A stretch of DNA of 63,927 bases, counting the filler, from Saprolegnia diclina VS20 (Eukaryota), in assembly GCF_000281045.1 (NCBI RefSeq). It is 5 parts of 3 records of this genome, joined end to end, with 100 filler letters (N's around TTAATTAATTAA, not from the genome) between each part and the next. Parts side by side here need not be neighbours in the genome. Positions count along the whole stretch, not along the records: positions 1 to 31,056 come from NW_008246133.1; 4 more parts are not named here. One strand, written 5' to 3'. Below are positions 11,121 through 22,038 of this stretch, piece by piece. The notes under the pieces were generated by a model, which saw only the letters and a list, made by a program, of their open reading frames with translations, did no database searches and was not told where the DNA came from. How positions within the stretch are numbered: position 1 is the stretch's first letter; every line of letters begins with the position of its first letter. A program made the translations under genes and the position numbers.

Positions 11121-12860
11121 ATGCAGCGGGGCGGCCACGGACACTACGGCGGCGGCCACCACGGCGGCGAGGGCGGCGGCGGCTACGGCGGCGGCGGCTT
11201 TGACAAGCAGCGCAGCCGCAAGCCCATCGTGCGCAAGTGCATCGACCCAAACTCCACCTTCATCTCGTACATCACGCAGCGCAAGTTTGCCCGCGACTAC
11301 CGCGACCTGCCGCCGCAGTACAGCATGAACCCGCACTCGGCGTACAAGCGCTACATGCTGCCACCCGGCGCCTTTGGCCGCGACGACCTCATGTCGTGCG
11401 TTGCGACCAAGTTTTGCCGCAGCTCGACCAACAAGCAGCGCTGCCCAGTCAACTGCCTCATGTGGACACCGGAAGGTCGGCGTCTCATCACGGGCAACTC
11501 GGTCGGCGAGTTTACGCTCTGGAACGGCCTCGCGTTCAACTTTGAGACGATCTTGCAGGCGCACGACGACGCGGTGCGCGCGATGGTGTGGAGCCACAAC
11601 GACAACTGGTTTGTGACCGCCGACCACGGCGGCGTCATCAAGTACTGGCAGTCGAGCATGACCAACGTCCAGCTCGTGCACGGCCACCGCGAAGCCGTCC
11701 GGTCGCTCTCGTTTTCGCCGACCGACTACAAGTTTGTGTCGTGCTCGGACGACGCGACCGTCAAAATTTGGGACTTCGAGTCGGTCAAGGAAGAGCGCGT
11801 GCTCACGGGGCATGGCTGGGACGTCAAGTGCGTGGCGTACCACCCGTCCAAGGCGCTGCTCGCGAGTGGCTCCAAGGACAACCTCGTCAAGATCTGGGAC
11901 CCCAAGTCGGGCGCGTCGCTCAACACGCTGCACGGGCACAAGAACACGGTCGTCAAGGTCGCTTGGAACCAGAACGGCAACTGGCTCCTCACCGCGTCGC
12001 GCGACCAGCTCATCAAGCTCTACGACATTCGGACGCTCAAGGAGTTTGCGACCATGAAGGGCCACACGCGCGAAGTCACGAGCCTCGCGTGGCACCCGAT
12101 CTACGAGTCGCTCTTCCTCTCGGGCTCGTACGACGGGTCGCTGCTCTACTGGCAGGTCGGGAAGGAAACCCCGATCGCGACGGTGCCGCACGCTCACGAC
12201 AATGCGGTCTGGGACATCCAGTGGCACCCGGCCGGCCACGTCGTCTCGACGGGCTCGAACGACCACAGCACCAAGTTTTGGTCGCGCAACCGCCCGGGCG
12301 ACTGCATGGACGACAAGTACAACAACCTGCAAGCGCCGACCGACGACCGCGTCGCGAGCGCCGTGCCCGGCATGGACGCGCTTCTGACGCCGTACGGCAG
12401 CCAAAAGCCGACGTCGCTGCCAGGTCGTCGGCCGCCGCCCGACAACTACACGTGCAACCGGTGCGGCACCAAGGGGCACTGGATCGAAGACTGCCCGCAC
12501 AAGGACGAGATGACGCAGAAGGCGCCGCCGCCGGGGTACCTCTGCAAGCGCTGCAACATTGCGGGCCATTACATCTCGGACTGCCCGCAGGCCAAGATTC
12601 CGCCGCCGTCGTACGTGTGCCACAAGTGCCGCCAGAAAGGCCACTGGAAGCAGGACTGCCCGAACGACCTGCCGCACTCGAACAAGCGCGGCCCGCCGGA
12701 CGGCCCCGAGCACGAAGCGAAGCGCTTTGAACAGGACTTTATGGCGTCCATGGTGAGCCGCAACAGCGGCTACACGAGCCATAGCAGCAACAACCACAGC
12801 AGTGGCGGTAGCTTCAACCGCGACCGCGATTACGGCGGCCGCCCACGCAGCAACTGGTAG
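11121..12860 (+). CDS. WDR33: Polyadenylation factor WDR33/Pfs2/FY (WD40) with three C-terminal CCHC zinc knuckles
   Basis: Intronless ORF with diagnostic [67 protein letters not shown] and [11 protein letters not shown]. Confidence 0.95.
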   Translation: MQRGGHGHYGGGHHGGEGGGGYGGGGFDKQRSRKPIVRKCIDPNSTFISYITQRKFARDYRDLPPQYSMNPHSAYKRYMLPPGAFGRDDLMSCVATKFCRSSTNKQRCPVNCLMWTPEGRRLITGNSVGEFTLWNGLAFNFETILQAHDDAVRAMVWSHNDNWFVTADHGGVIKYWQSSMTNVQLVHGHREAVRSLSFSPTDYKFVSCSDDATVKIWDFESVKEERVLTGHGWDVKCVAYHPSKALLASGSKDNLVKIWDPKSGASLNTLHGHKNTVVKVAWNQNGNWLLTASRDQLIKLYDIRTLKEFATMKGHTREVTSLAWHPIYESLFLSGSYDGSLLYWQVGKETPIATVPHAHDNAVWDIQWHPAGHVVSTGSNDHSTKFWSRNRPGDCMDDKYNNLQAPTDDRVASAVPGMDALLTPYGSQKPTSLPGRRPPPDNYTCNRCGTKGHWIEDCPHKDEMTQKAPPPGYLCKRCNIAGHYISDCPQAKIPPPSYVCHKCRQKGHWKQDCPNDLPHSNKRGPPDGPEHEAKRFEQDFMASMVSRNSGYTSHSSNNHSSGGSFNRDRDYGGRPRSNW

Positions 12861-13884
12861 GCCCTCTCAATAGCTCGTTCAATCCCAAGCCCGTTCTTCT
12901 CGTCTTCTCTCTCCTCATTCACCGCATCTCGTGTCGCTACCTCGGACCAGAGATGCCTCTTCTCGCAGCCGCCTGTCCCGCTCACTGCTTCCATGGACGT
13001 CGGATGGCTGCTCGAGTAGCCTGAAGACGCGACCCGATGCTATGCAGACGAAGGCTGTGGCGAGGAGAGGACGTGGAGCGGGCGAGCCGTGTGACACGGC
13101 TGCCGGCTGCCGCATAGCCGCTGCTGCACGCATGAGGATCCTCCACGTCACATACACGCAAGCGATCAAAGCTCATTGTCGGGTCCTGTCTCGTCGTCTC
13201 GAGAAGATGGTTCGCAGAGTGGGATGCTGCGTACGTATCCAAGATGCGGTTCGCCTGCGCATCTGCGCCACCGCGCTTCGCCAAAGACCCATGGCGAGGC
13301 CATCATCGAGCTACCTGTTGTGCATGCGAATGGATGCCATAGACAAGCCTCGTCGTCGCCCAAGCTTCAGGACGTCGGCGGCTGCTTCGCGATGCTACTC
13401 TGGCCGCTGCCACCCAGAGTAGCCACGTCCGAGCCCCGCCTTGCCGTACCTCGTTCGCCTCGCCATGGCCATGCGCATCGCCCGCCGCCATGCGCTCCGG
13501 GCCTCGAGCAAGACCCATGCACAGCGCGGCCGTCCGGCGCGTGACAGCGGCCGCGGCCGCGGGATCTCATCGGGCCGTGCGTCACAGAAGTCAAGTCGAA
13601 TCAAATGTCTCTTGAAGTTTGTATGCGAAAACGCGATTTTTATTACCAACTGGTCCAACCGTAATCTCCAATTCCGGTTCGATTTTTCGGGCTATTAAAT
13701 GCGGATGTTTTATTCTACATACGATTGCCAAGTACAAGGATTAGAAAGAACGGGCCTGCGACAGAATTAGCGGCCAACGTGCCAAGAGTCCAGTGCGCAA
13801 TTCCGCCATCTTGACACGATCGCTCGCCACGCTGCCAAGTCGACGACGGCCCATCGGCGCGGCCTCGAGGACCGGATCAGCACC

Positions 13885-15777
13885 ATGGAAGAGAAGGTGC
13901 TGCACCCGCAGGAGAGCTCGGCCTCGATGGGCGGCGCCAAGAAGAAGGAAGAGATCCTCTGGAGCGGCGTCCTCCAGAAGCGCGGCCACCTGCGCAAGAA
14001 CTGGCTCACGCGCTTCTTCGTCCTCACGCCCACGCACCTCCGGTACTACAAGAAGCCACGGTCGCCTCACATTAGCTCGACGTGGAACACGGACAAGCGG
14101 TATCTCCGCGGCGAACTGCGGCTCGCCGACCTTATCCACGTCGAGAGCTCGGGCGCCGACCACCGCCCGTACTGCTTTGTCGCGACCTTTGTACGGCAAG
14201 CCAACGTCCTTTGGCTCTACCACGCCCACTCGACCATCGACTATCACATCCAGGCCAACTCGGACGACGACCGCGACAAGTGGATCCGCCTCCTCACGTC
14301 GCAGCGCGGCCCCAAGTTCCACGCGAGCGTCTCATCGTCCTCGTCCATGAAGCTCGCGGGCGGCTCGTCGTCGTCAATGATCTGCCTCGCGCCGTCCGCG
14401 CCCCGCGATATCTACCTCTACATGGTCGGTCACTGCAGCGACGATCTACCGGGCGATGCGGTCGCTTCGGCCAAGGTACTCGCCGAGGAGTTTCCGATCT
14501 TTGTCGCGCTCATCCGGGAGCTCGATGGCGGCGACGACGAGCACGTGCTCGTGCACGTCCTCGATCAGATGGTCGGCGAGGTTCTCGACGGCGCATGGAA
14601 CGAGACCGTCAAGAAGGTGTTGGCGCTCGCGGCCGAGCAAAAGCTGGCGACCGCGTCGACGCTCTGGACAGATGCGGTCAAGACGGCGTACATGGTCATC
14701 ATGAAGGCCATGCACAAGCAAAGTGCTTCGTCCTCGTCGCGACAGCTGAAGTCGACGTTTGTGCACGGACCGCGGCTCCACCGGCAGCCGTCGTCGGCCA
14801 CGTTTGCGTCGACGTACTCGCTCGGGCGCATCCTGGGCTCGGGCGCCCACTCGGTCGTCCGCGTCGGGTGGCACCACCAGCAGCTCAAGCAAGTCGCTGT
14901 CAAGTGCATCGCCAAGGCCAAGCTGCTCCGGCACGAGCAGACGTCGCTTCTGCAAGAAGTGGCGATCCTCCGGCAGCTGCGCCACCCCAACATTGTCCCG
15001 CTCCTCGACTTTGTCGAAGAAGTCGACATGTACTACATTGTCACGCCACTCTGCACGGGCGGTGAGCTCTTCCAGGACCTCGTCAAGCGCACGCAGTACA
15101 CGGAAGACGACGCGCGCCACGTGCTCCTCAAGCTCGCGCACGCCGTCGCGTACATCCATGCGCAAAACATTATGCACCGCGACATCAAACCGGAGAACGT
15201 CCTCTTATTTTCGTCGGCGCCCGGCGCCGAGATCATGCTCGCCGACTTTGGGTTCGCGCGCATGAGCCTCGGGAACCACCTCGGCACGGCGTGCGGCACC
15301 CCGGAGTACATTGCACCCGAGGTCGTCAAGGGCATCAAGTACGGCATCGCTGTCGACTGCTGGAGCCTTGGCGTGCTCCTCTTCATCTTGCTCTCGGGCC
15401 AGCCGCCGTTCCCGGGGCACAACCACGCCGATATTCTCGCCCGCGTCGCTGTCGGCGCCTACTCGATGGACGCTGCGCCGTGGGTGCAAGTGTCGAACGC
15501 GGCCAAGGCTCTCGTCCGGCGGCTGCTCACGGTCGACCCCAGCCAGAGGCTCACGGCCGACGCTCTCCTGCACGACCCGTGGATGCTCGGCTGCAACACT
15601 GCTGGTACCGACGGCGGCGACGACGAGGGCAAGCGCGACGTGACGCAGCTCGGCTCGGCGCTCGAAGAGATGCGTCTCTGGCGCGCCTCGGGTGGCAGCA
15701 GCGGCCAACTGAGTCAAGCCGACGACCTGGACGACACGCTTCTCGACGATGAACTTGCCAAGCCCGTGGCCAACTAA
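13885..15777 (+). CDS. PH-domain / CAMK-group Ser/Thr protein kinase
   Basis: PH domain: SGVLQKRGHLRKNWLTRFFVL...DRDKWIRLL. Kinase domain: GSGAHSVV, VAVK, GGELF, HRDIKPEN, DFG, TACGTPEYIAPE, DCWSLG, all intact. Confidence 0.93.
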   Translation: MEEKVLHPQESSASMGGAKKKEEILWSGVLQKRGHLRKNWLTRFFVLTPTHLRYYKKPRSPHISSTWNTDKRYLRGELRLADLIHVESSGADHRPYCFVATFVRQANVLWLYHAHSTIDYHIQANSDDDRDKWIRLLTSQRGPKFHASVSSSSSMKLAGGSSSSMICLAPSAPRDIYLYMVGHCSDDLPGDAVASAKVLAEEFPIFVALIRELDGGDDEHVLVHVLDQMVGEVLDGAWNETVKKVLALAAEQKLATASTLWTDAVKTAYMVIMKAMHKQSASSSSRQLKSTFVHGPRLHRQPSSATFASTYSLGRILGSGAHSVVRVGWHHQQLKQVAVKCIAKAKLLRHEQTSLLQEVAILRQLRHPNIVPLLDFVEEVDMYYIVTPLCTGGELFQDLVKRTQYTEDDARHVLLKLAHAVAYIHAQNIMHRDIKPENVLLFSSAPGAEIMLADFGFARMSLGNHLGTACGTPEYIAPEVVKGIKYGIAVDCWSLGVLLFILLSGQPPFPGHNHADILARVAVGAYSMDAAPWVQVSNAAKALVRRLLTVDPSQRLTADALLHDPWMLGCNTAGTDGGDDEGKRDVTQLGSALEEMRLWRASGGSSGQLSQADDLDDTLLDDELAKPVAN

Positions 15778-15964
15778 CTTATTAAGACGTCGTTGCTCGA
15801 CCTCCTGTACCAATATGACATGAACTTCAAAATATCGAGCTAGGGGAATCGATAGTATCGGTCTTGGCTAAGCGGCGGGATTGCACGTCGTCGTTTCGGT
15901 ATCAAGTTGATACGAGCGATGTTTCAACACAAGCCGAAAGTATCAACCAAAGGATCCAGTGTAA

Positions 15965-16550
15965 AATTTTATTTTTTCTTAGCCAATCTCAAGTGTAACC
16001 AGCCACAGCCTACTGCGTTGTCTTGGGGCGCTTGGTGGATGGCGCTTGTCCTTGGTCTCTTCGTCATCGCCACGCACGAAGGCTTGGAGCCCTGCGATAC
16101 GTGCGACGTCGGTGTGACTCCACCTCGGTCTCTGGCAAAAGGTCGACGAGCGCTTGGAGGCTGGAGACGGGGCCATCGCGACAAAGGGCGAGGGAGCGGC
16201 CAGGTGATCAGCGGTGGCGTCCTGAACATCCGCTCGGCGCGTCTTGAACCAAAAGACGACGCACGGGCGGAAGCGCTGGCATGCGCGCCAATGAACGTAG
16301 AGACCACGCAGCCGACCAGCGGTACTGCAAAGCGGGGCGGCAGGCGCAGCGCTGGGTGCATCGTCGCATCGGCATCGCAAACTGCCCACCATTGCGATCA
16401 CCGAGGTCAACGCGACCCATAGATGGGTTACGCAGAAGAGACAGAGGAGGTCCTGCCCAGGTTGAAGTGGCATGTACTTCACTGTAGGTGATCTCTCGGA
16501 CTGGACGCAGCGGACCGCAGAGTCGACGAGGACGTCAACGATGGTAGCCT
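15965..16550 (-). pseudogene. Inverted, degenerate copy of the 3' end and 3' UTR of the 19506-21668 gene
   Basis: HTDVARIAGLQAFVRGDDEETK matches HADIDRIAWLQAFLRGDDEETK. DNA similarity continues into the UTR (gcagtaggctg...cacttgagattg). The upstream part is frameshifted and its 5' boundary is approximate. Confidence 0.8.
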
Positions 16551-16623
16551 GTCCGTGACGAGCGACTCGTCACTACCTCGTCCACCAAGCGAGCAAACCG
16601 CACAGTTGAGGCAAGGCGACAAA

Positions 16624-16646
16624 AACTACTACTACTGCCACTACTA

Positions 16647-16677
<31 letters not shown>

Positions 16678-16680
16678 GAC
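16624..16680 (+). repeat. Compound microsatellite (ACT)n-(GAC)n
   Basis: actactactactgccactactacgactactactactactacgacgacgacgacgac. Confidence 0.9.
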
Positions 16681-16868
16681 AGCGAAACCGAGCCAGCATG
16701 GCCATGCGTTCCTGTGTGCGTGGCTCGCTTGATACAATTATCCGGATACCGCTTGATACTTTGCATGCCGCCTTGTCTCGTGTCGTCGTATCCGGATTCT
16801 ATCAACTCGATTTGCCTACACTGTACTCCACCTCATTCTTCAACCTCTCTCAACCAGCTCTCTCGACC

Positions 16869-19068
16869 ATGGTGCAACCCGCCTTGCACGACGACGCCGC
16901 GTCGACGCTGCTGCCACGTGCAGAGACGCGGCGCCTCGTCGACCGGCTCCGCGCCTTTGGCCTGGACAAGCACGTGGACCTGCCGCAGATCGCAGTGATG
17001 GGCGACACGTCCAGCGGCAAGTCGTCCGTCTTGTCGGCGCTCTCGGGCATCGCGTTCCCGTCGGCCGGCGAGCTCACGACGCGTTGTCCGACGCAGCTCA
17101 TCCTCTCGCACGCACATACACTGCATGGCACTGTCCGTCTCCGCCGCTTCCAGTCGACCGCCGCGCCAGCAACCGTCACGACGATCACGACCCTCGACCA
17201 AGTCACGTCGGCGATCGAAGCGCTGACGACGCAGCTGCTAGCCGAGGGCCAGAGCATCAGCGACGACGCGATCGAGATCACGCTTCAGGGCCCGAGCTTT
17301 CCGGATCTGACGCTCACCGACCTCCCGGGTCTCGTGCGCACCGTGCGTGATGGCGAAGACCCACGCATGATCCCACGCGTGCGCCAGCTCGTCAAGCGCT
17401 ACCTGGCGCAGGAGCGCACCATCATCCTCGCCGTCGTGCCGGCCAACGTCAGCATGCACAACTCGGAGATTTTGCAAGCTGCGGCCGAGGCCGACCCGAC
17501 TGGCGCCCGGACGCTCTCGATCATCACGAAACCGGACCTCGTCGACGTCGGCGCCGAGGCTGGCGTCGTCGAGTTGCTTCTCAACAAGACCAAGCAGCGC
17601 CGCCTCGGGTACCACATGGTCAAGTGTCGCGGCCAGCACGCGCTCAACACGGGCGTGTCGATAGCGGACGCTCGCCGCGACGAAGCCGCCTACTTTGCGT
17701 CGCACGACGTGTGGCGCACCATCGATCGGTCGCTTCTCGGCACGCAGAACCTCGCATTGAAGCTCTCGGCGCTGCTCACCGACACGATCGAGGCGGCGCT
17801 GCCGGCTGTCGCTGCCGAGTTGGACTCGCAGATTCGTGATTGCAAGCATCGTCTGGCGGAGCTCGGGGCGCCATTGGACACGCCCGAGGCCCGCCGCCGA
17901 AGCTTCTCCAACGTCGCTCGGACGGTCACGTCGCGGCTCGGCATGGCGCTCGACGGCTCGTACAACGACCTGTCCTTCTTTGACAACGATGAGGTCGGTG
18001 CAGACAACCGGCTCCGCGCGCAGCTCCGGGCGTTCGAGTCCGAGTTTAGCTCAGCCGTGGCCGACCACGCGACCGTGACAACGTCGATGGCCGACGACGC
18101 GGCGCGGAGTGTGGCGGTCGGCGACTACGTGCACGTGCGAGCAGCTGACGGATCCTGGACGCTGGACCAAGTCACGCGACTCCACGAGCGTCCAAATGAG
18201 GTGTTGACGACGTCGCAGCCGACGCACTGGCTCACGTACAGCCTTGACTGGCGCCACCTCCCGCGTCTGAACCTCGACGCGATCAAGACGCTCATGGTCG
18301 CCAACCGCGGTGACGAGCTCCCGCTCTTCCTCTCGTACACGACCTTTGCCAACATTGTGCGGCAGCAGTACGTTCGGCAATGGCACGCGCCCATGCACAG
18401 TCTCTACGGGTCGTATGCCCGGTCGCTCAAGGTCCTTCTCGGCCGCGCCATCGCGTCCAGCACCAGTGTTGGTGCGCTCCAGCGGCATCTCACATCGGTG
18501 GCCACGGACCTCATGACGTCGCTCGGCCGAGCCATGGAAGAGACGTTGGACGAAGCTCTCGCGATGGAAGCACGACCGTACACGATGAACACCGACGTAG
18601 CTGCTGGGTTCCACCGCCAACGGTCGATGCCGTTGCTGTCGGCCCTGGATGCCCTTGCTGGTACACACGATTTCGCGACTTCAAATCCTGTGGATTCATT
18701 CTTTTTGGTGTGTAGATGAGAGCGACGACGGCCGTGTCTCAATTGGCGCAGTCAAGGCCGTCGTGCAACTCCATTGCATGACGCACGAGTCGCTCGACGA
18801 CCTCCAGGCGCGGGACCTGCTCTGGGCGCTGCAGGCGTACCTGCACGTGGCTGCCAAGCGCTTCAGCGACAAGATCCCAATGCTACTCCAAGCGCGCTTC
18901 TTGGTGCCGTTCATGACGGAGCTCAGACACCAGCTGGCGACGACAGAGGCGACCGATGCGATCCTCGAACGGCTTTTGCGCGACGGAAATGCCACCGCGC
19001 GCACCGAGCTCGCGGCTAAGCTGCGCGCGCTGGAGCAGGCCAAGGCCGAGATCCACGCTGTCGTCTGA
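16869..19068 (+). CDS. Mx-like dynamin-family GTPase (intron 18661-18715)
   Basis: LPQIAVMGDTSSGKSSVL (G1), TTRCP (G2), DLPG (G3), TKPD (G4). GED-like C-terminus LQAYLHVAAKRFSDKIPM...RTELAAKLRALEQAKAEI. Confidence 0.93.
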
Positions 19069-19218
19069 AATTTACGAGTTTGAATACACAAGCTTTGCAT
19101 TACCAGACGCATGCTTTGGAGGGATATATGTTGCGCAACGGCAGTTGCGTGATATCGCACATACGGGTTGTACATACAAGCTCCAAGACAAAATCCTACA
19201 GAGGCAAAACCCTCAGAT

Positions 19219-19306
19219 ATGACGTGGCAAAGGCTGGTGGAAACTGCCAATGACGTGGCAAAGGCTGGTGGAAACAGCCAATGACGTGGCAAAGGCTGGG
19301 AACAGC
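19219..19306 (+). repeat. 31-bp tandem repeat, about 2.8 copies
   Basis: Unit ATGACGTGGCAAAGGCTGGTGGAAAC(T/A)GCCA at 19219 and 19250, with a degenerate third copy at 19281. Confidence 0.95.
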
Positions 19307-19505
19307 ACGACAAAAACCGACGACGAGTCTTCAAGTTGGCGATTTCAACGTTTGCAGTTGCCATTATTTGGACTCCTGTGATGCAGGGCGCGTCGATGCG
19401 AAATCAGGTAAAAAAGGGAGTTCCGCAGTATTCGTTGAGCCAATAATCGACGCGCAAAGGCCGCAGTTCCGCTATCACAAATTCATTTAACGTGGCAAAC
19501 GCAAC

Positions 19506-21668
19506 ATGGCCCCCGTACGCGACGCCGACGTCGCGCTCTACGATCGCGTGCGCCTCTCGCCGTCGTTTGATACCATGTTTCTGCAGCTTTGGGAGCTGCC
19601 GCGCCTCAAGGCCGCTCAAGACGCCGTCGCCCCAGCTCTTGCCGCCGTGGCGGCCGGCACCTCGGACAAGCACGCGATGTTTGGGCTCGTGATGCACGAG
19701 ACGTTTTACTGGGAGGCACTGGCGACATCCACCCTCGATCGCGCGTTCGTCTCGGCGCTCGTCGCGTCCAAGGCCTTTGATGTTGCCATTGTCACCTTCG
19801 AGCCGTCCGTTGCCAGCCGAGAAGGCAGCGGCGCGTACGTGATTTCAAAGGCGACGCTGTGCCCGGCGCTGCGCCTTCCGGTCGAGGCTGCGAGCCGCCT
19901 TGTCGGTCGCTCGGTTGGCGCATTTCTTCGCTCTCGGCACACGGATCCGTGGTCTTCCCAGTGCACGACCGTTGTGTTTTGGCCCACGTCGCGTCGTGCG
20001 GCCGCCCTTGGCATCCCCATAGCTCTCAAAGCTTTTGAGGCGCACCCCGAGACGGCTGTGCATGCTGGTGTCTCGCTTCGATGGCTCGTGGAGAGTCTTG
20101 TCCAGCACATCTCGCAAGCCTCTGCCCAAGACGTCAGGGGCTGGACGATGTCCTCTGTGCTGCACCTTTGCCGCATGACCAACGCATTGGGCACTGTCGA
20201 CCTCGTGGCGCAGCTCTGGGCGTCGCCGCTCTTGACGAAAGTTATCAAACAGATGACAGTTGGCGGTGCTGTGGCCACCCTCCGCGATGCTTTTGAACGG
20301 CTGGGCCTCAACGCACTGTACGTTTTGCTCCAACAGCTTATGGCGGTTTGGCAGTCGCACGATCCCAACCGCGGGTTTGCGCTGCTCGTCGAGATCGCGG
20401 GCCTCAAGCGCCGCCCCGTCTGCCCGCTCTTTGACATCCCCAACCTGCGAGAGCTCATTCTCGCTGGCTACGTCGCCCTTGTCGCCGTAGAACCCAAAGG
20501 CGACACCTGGCGAGAGGCGGTCGTCTCCAACTGCGTGTTTCTCGAAGAGTACGTTTGGCATGGTTCACTTGACGGCGCATGGCTCCGACATCGTCTTCCG
20601 GACTTGCCGCTGCGGCTCATCGATGCGTTCCGTCTGCCGTCCGATGGGCTTGCGCGTCTCGCCAGACGTCGTGCGGTGCACCCGTGGTCTCATCTTGCTC
20701 CAGCGTTACATGCACTGTGGCCACGTCGCTTGCCGCGCTGCGAAGAGCTCTTCCTCTCGACCGTCTTGACCGCCAACGACTACGACAACATTACAAATGA
20801 CCAGCGAACGACCGTGCTTCGTGTGCTCCAGGCACTCGGCAGCTTGACGCACGCTGCGCTTCTCGTGCTCGTGAACAAGTGGCGCACCCACGCGCCGGGC
20901 GCGCTCTGGGGCTTTCTCAATGGCCTCCCAAACAGCGGCGCCGTTCAAGTTCCGTTCTCTGCCACCGCTCGCATGATGCTGGTGGAGCTGCAAAAGCTCT
21001 CGGTGCTGCATGACGCCGACCCGACGGATCCTCCGCCGCTCTGGACGGTCGACATTCACGACATTTTGGCTCCCATGGGTGCACAGCTGCGGCGTGTCTT
21101 TGCGTCGCTGACAACGACCGTCGACCTGCTTCGTCGCTGGTCGCCAACGCACCTCGGTGCGTTGATCACTGGGCTCCTCGACTGCTTCGGCGACAACTTG
21201 TCATGGCACCGTCACTTTGCGCTGCCTTTGCTTCAAACGTTTGGCGAGAGACGTCTTGCGACCGCGACCCTCGCTGTGCTTCAAGCCGAAGCCGTGGTCG
21301 ACCTCCCGCAGCTTGTCGACGTTGCCTTTGGCGACTTGGTGCTGCCGCCGTGCGCATGCTGCTGTTGCCGCCGCCTCCAAGCCTTTCTGCACTCCCCCAG
21401 CGAGGTGACGTGCCATCTCGAAACGGACATGGCGCCTTGCCCCAGCGCGCTCGCCTTTACCGCCTGCCACCCAACGCGCGTGACCCTCGACATGGAGACG
21501 CCTCACTTTGCTGTCGCAAAGCTGCTGCCGTTGCATGGCGTGCCGCCAGCAGAGCTCGCTGCGTACGAGACGCGGCTTGACGAACGGCACGCCGACATCG
21601 ACCGAATTGCGTGGCTTCAAGCTTTCCTGCGTGGCGACGACGAAGAGACCAAGCACGACGACAAATAG
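19506..21668 (+). CDS. Large intronless hypothetical protein with a C-terminal Cys cluster (CACCCCRRLQAFLHSP)
   Basis: 720-aa ORF with coding-like composition. It loosely resembles the C-terminal part of oomycete/fungal 2OG-Fe(II)-oxygenase-associated proteins (unverified); no oxygenase motif is seen. Confidence 0.7.
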   Translation: MAPVRDADVALYDRVRLSPSFDTMFLQLWELPRLKAAQDAVAPALAAVAAGTSDKHAMFGLVMHETFYWEALATSTLDRAFVSALVASKAFDVAIVTFEPSVASREGSGAYVISKATLCPALRLPVEAASRLVGRSVGAFLRSRHTDPWSSQCTTVVFWPTSRRAAALGIPIALKAFEAHPETAVHAGVSLRWLVESLVQHISQASAQDVRGWTMSSVLHLCRMTNALGTVDLVAQLWASPLLTKVIKQMTVGGAVATLRDAFERLGLNALYVLLQQLMAVWQSHDPNRGFALLVEIAGLKRRPVCPLFDIPNLRELILAGYVALVAVEPKGDTWREAVVSNCVFLEEYVWHGSLDGAWLRHRLPDLPLRLIDAFRLPSDGLARLARRRAVHPWSHLAPALHALWPRRLPRCEELFLSTVLTANDYDNITNDQRTTVLRVLQALGSLTHAALLVLVNKWRTHAPGALWGFLNGLPNSGAVQVPFSATARMMLVELQKLSVLHDADPTDPPPLWTVDIHDILAPMGAQLRRVFASLTTTVDLLRRWSPTHLGALITGLLDCFGDNLSWHRHFALPLLQTFGERRLATATLAVLQAEAVVDLPQLVDVAFGDLVLPPCACCCCRRLQAFLHSPSEVTCHLETDMAPCPSALAFTACHPTRVTLDMETPHFAVAKLLPLHGVPPAELAAYETRLDERHADIDRIAWLQAFLRGDDEETKHDDK

Positions 21669-22038
21669 CCAACCTCCAAGCGTCTCAAGCAGTAGGCTGG
21701 GGCTGGCTAGAATACCCACTTGAGATTGCCTCAGAAAATAAGATTTGGCACTAGGCTCGTCCATCAAGAGGACACCACCTTTTACGTCCAAGTCGAGGTT
21801 GCAGCGCGTAGCAGCCGGGTCCTGTACCGACTCGCTGGCTCCCTCCTTGACCCACGCTGCGTGCACCGCAAGTAGCGAGCCAGAGGTAACAGGATCACAT
21901 GTAGGAAGGACTATCAAGTGTACTGGCACCATAGCAAGGCGGCTCAACGTGGTCGCCGACAAAAACGGCGCGAATGGGTTTTGCGGAATCCGGATATTCC
22001 GCCGGTTGCAGCACCTTGCATTTGCGATGCCAAGTGCA

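Noticed and set aside
10776..12797. Long antisense ORFs, e.g. 673 aa opposite WDR33, 505 aa at 46360-47877, 454 aa at 50016-51380, 374 aa at 25130-26254
   Set aside because: These are shadow ORFs caused by high GC3 codon bias of the real gene on the other strand; they are Arg/Val/Ala-rich with no motifs.
16555..16868. Poly-Tyr/poly-Asp ORF and upstream extension of the dynamin ORF
   Set aside because: It is a translation of a microsatellite and promoter DNA; dynamin homology starts near ATG 16869.
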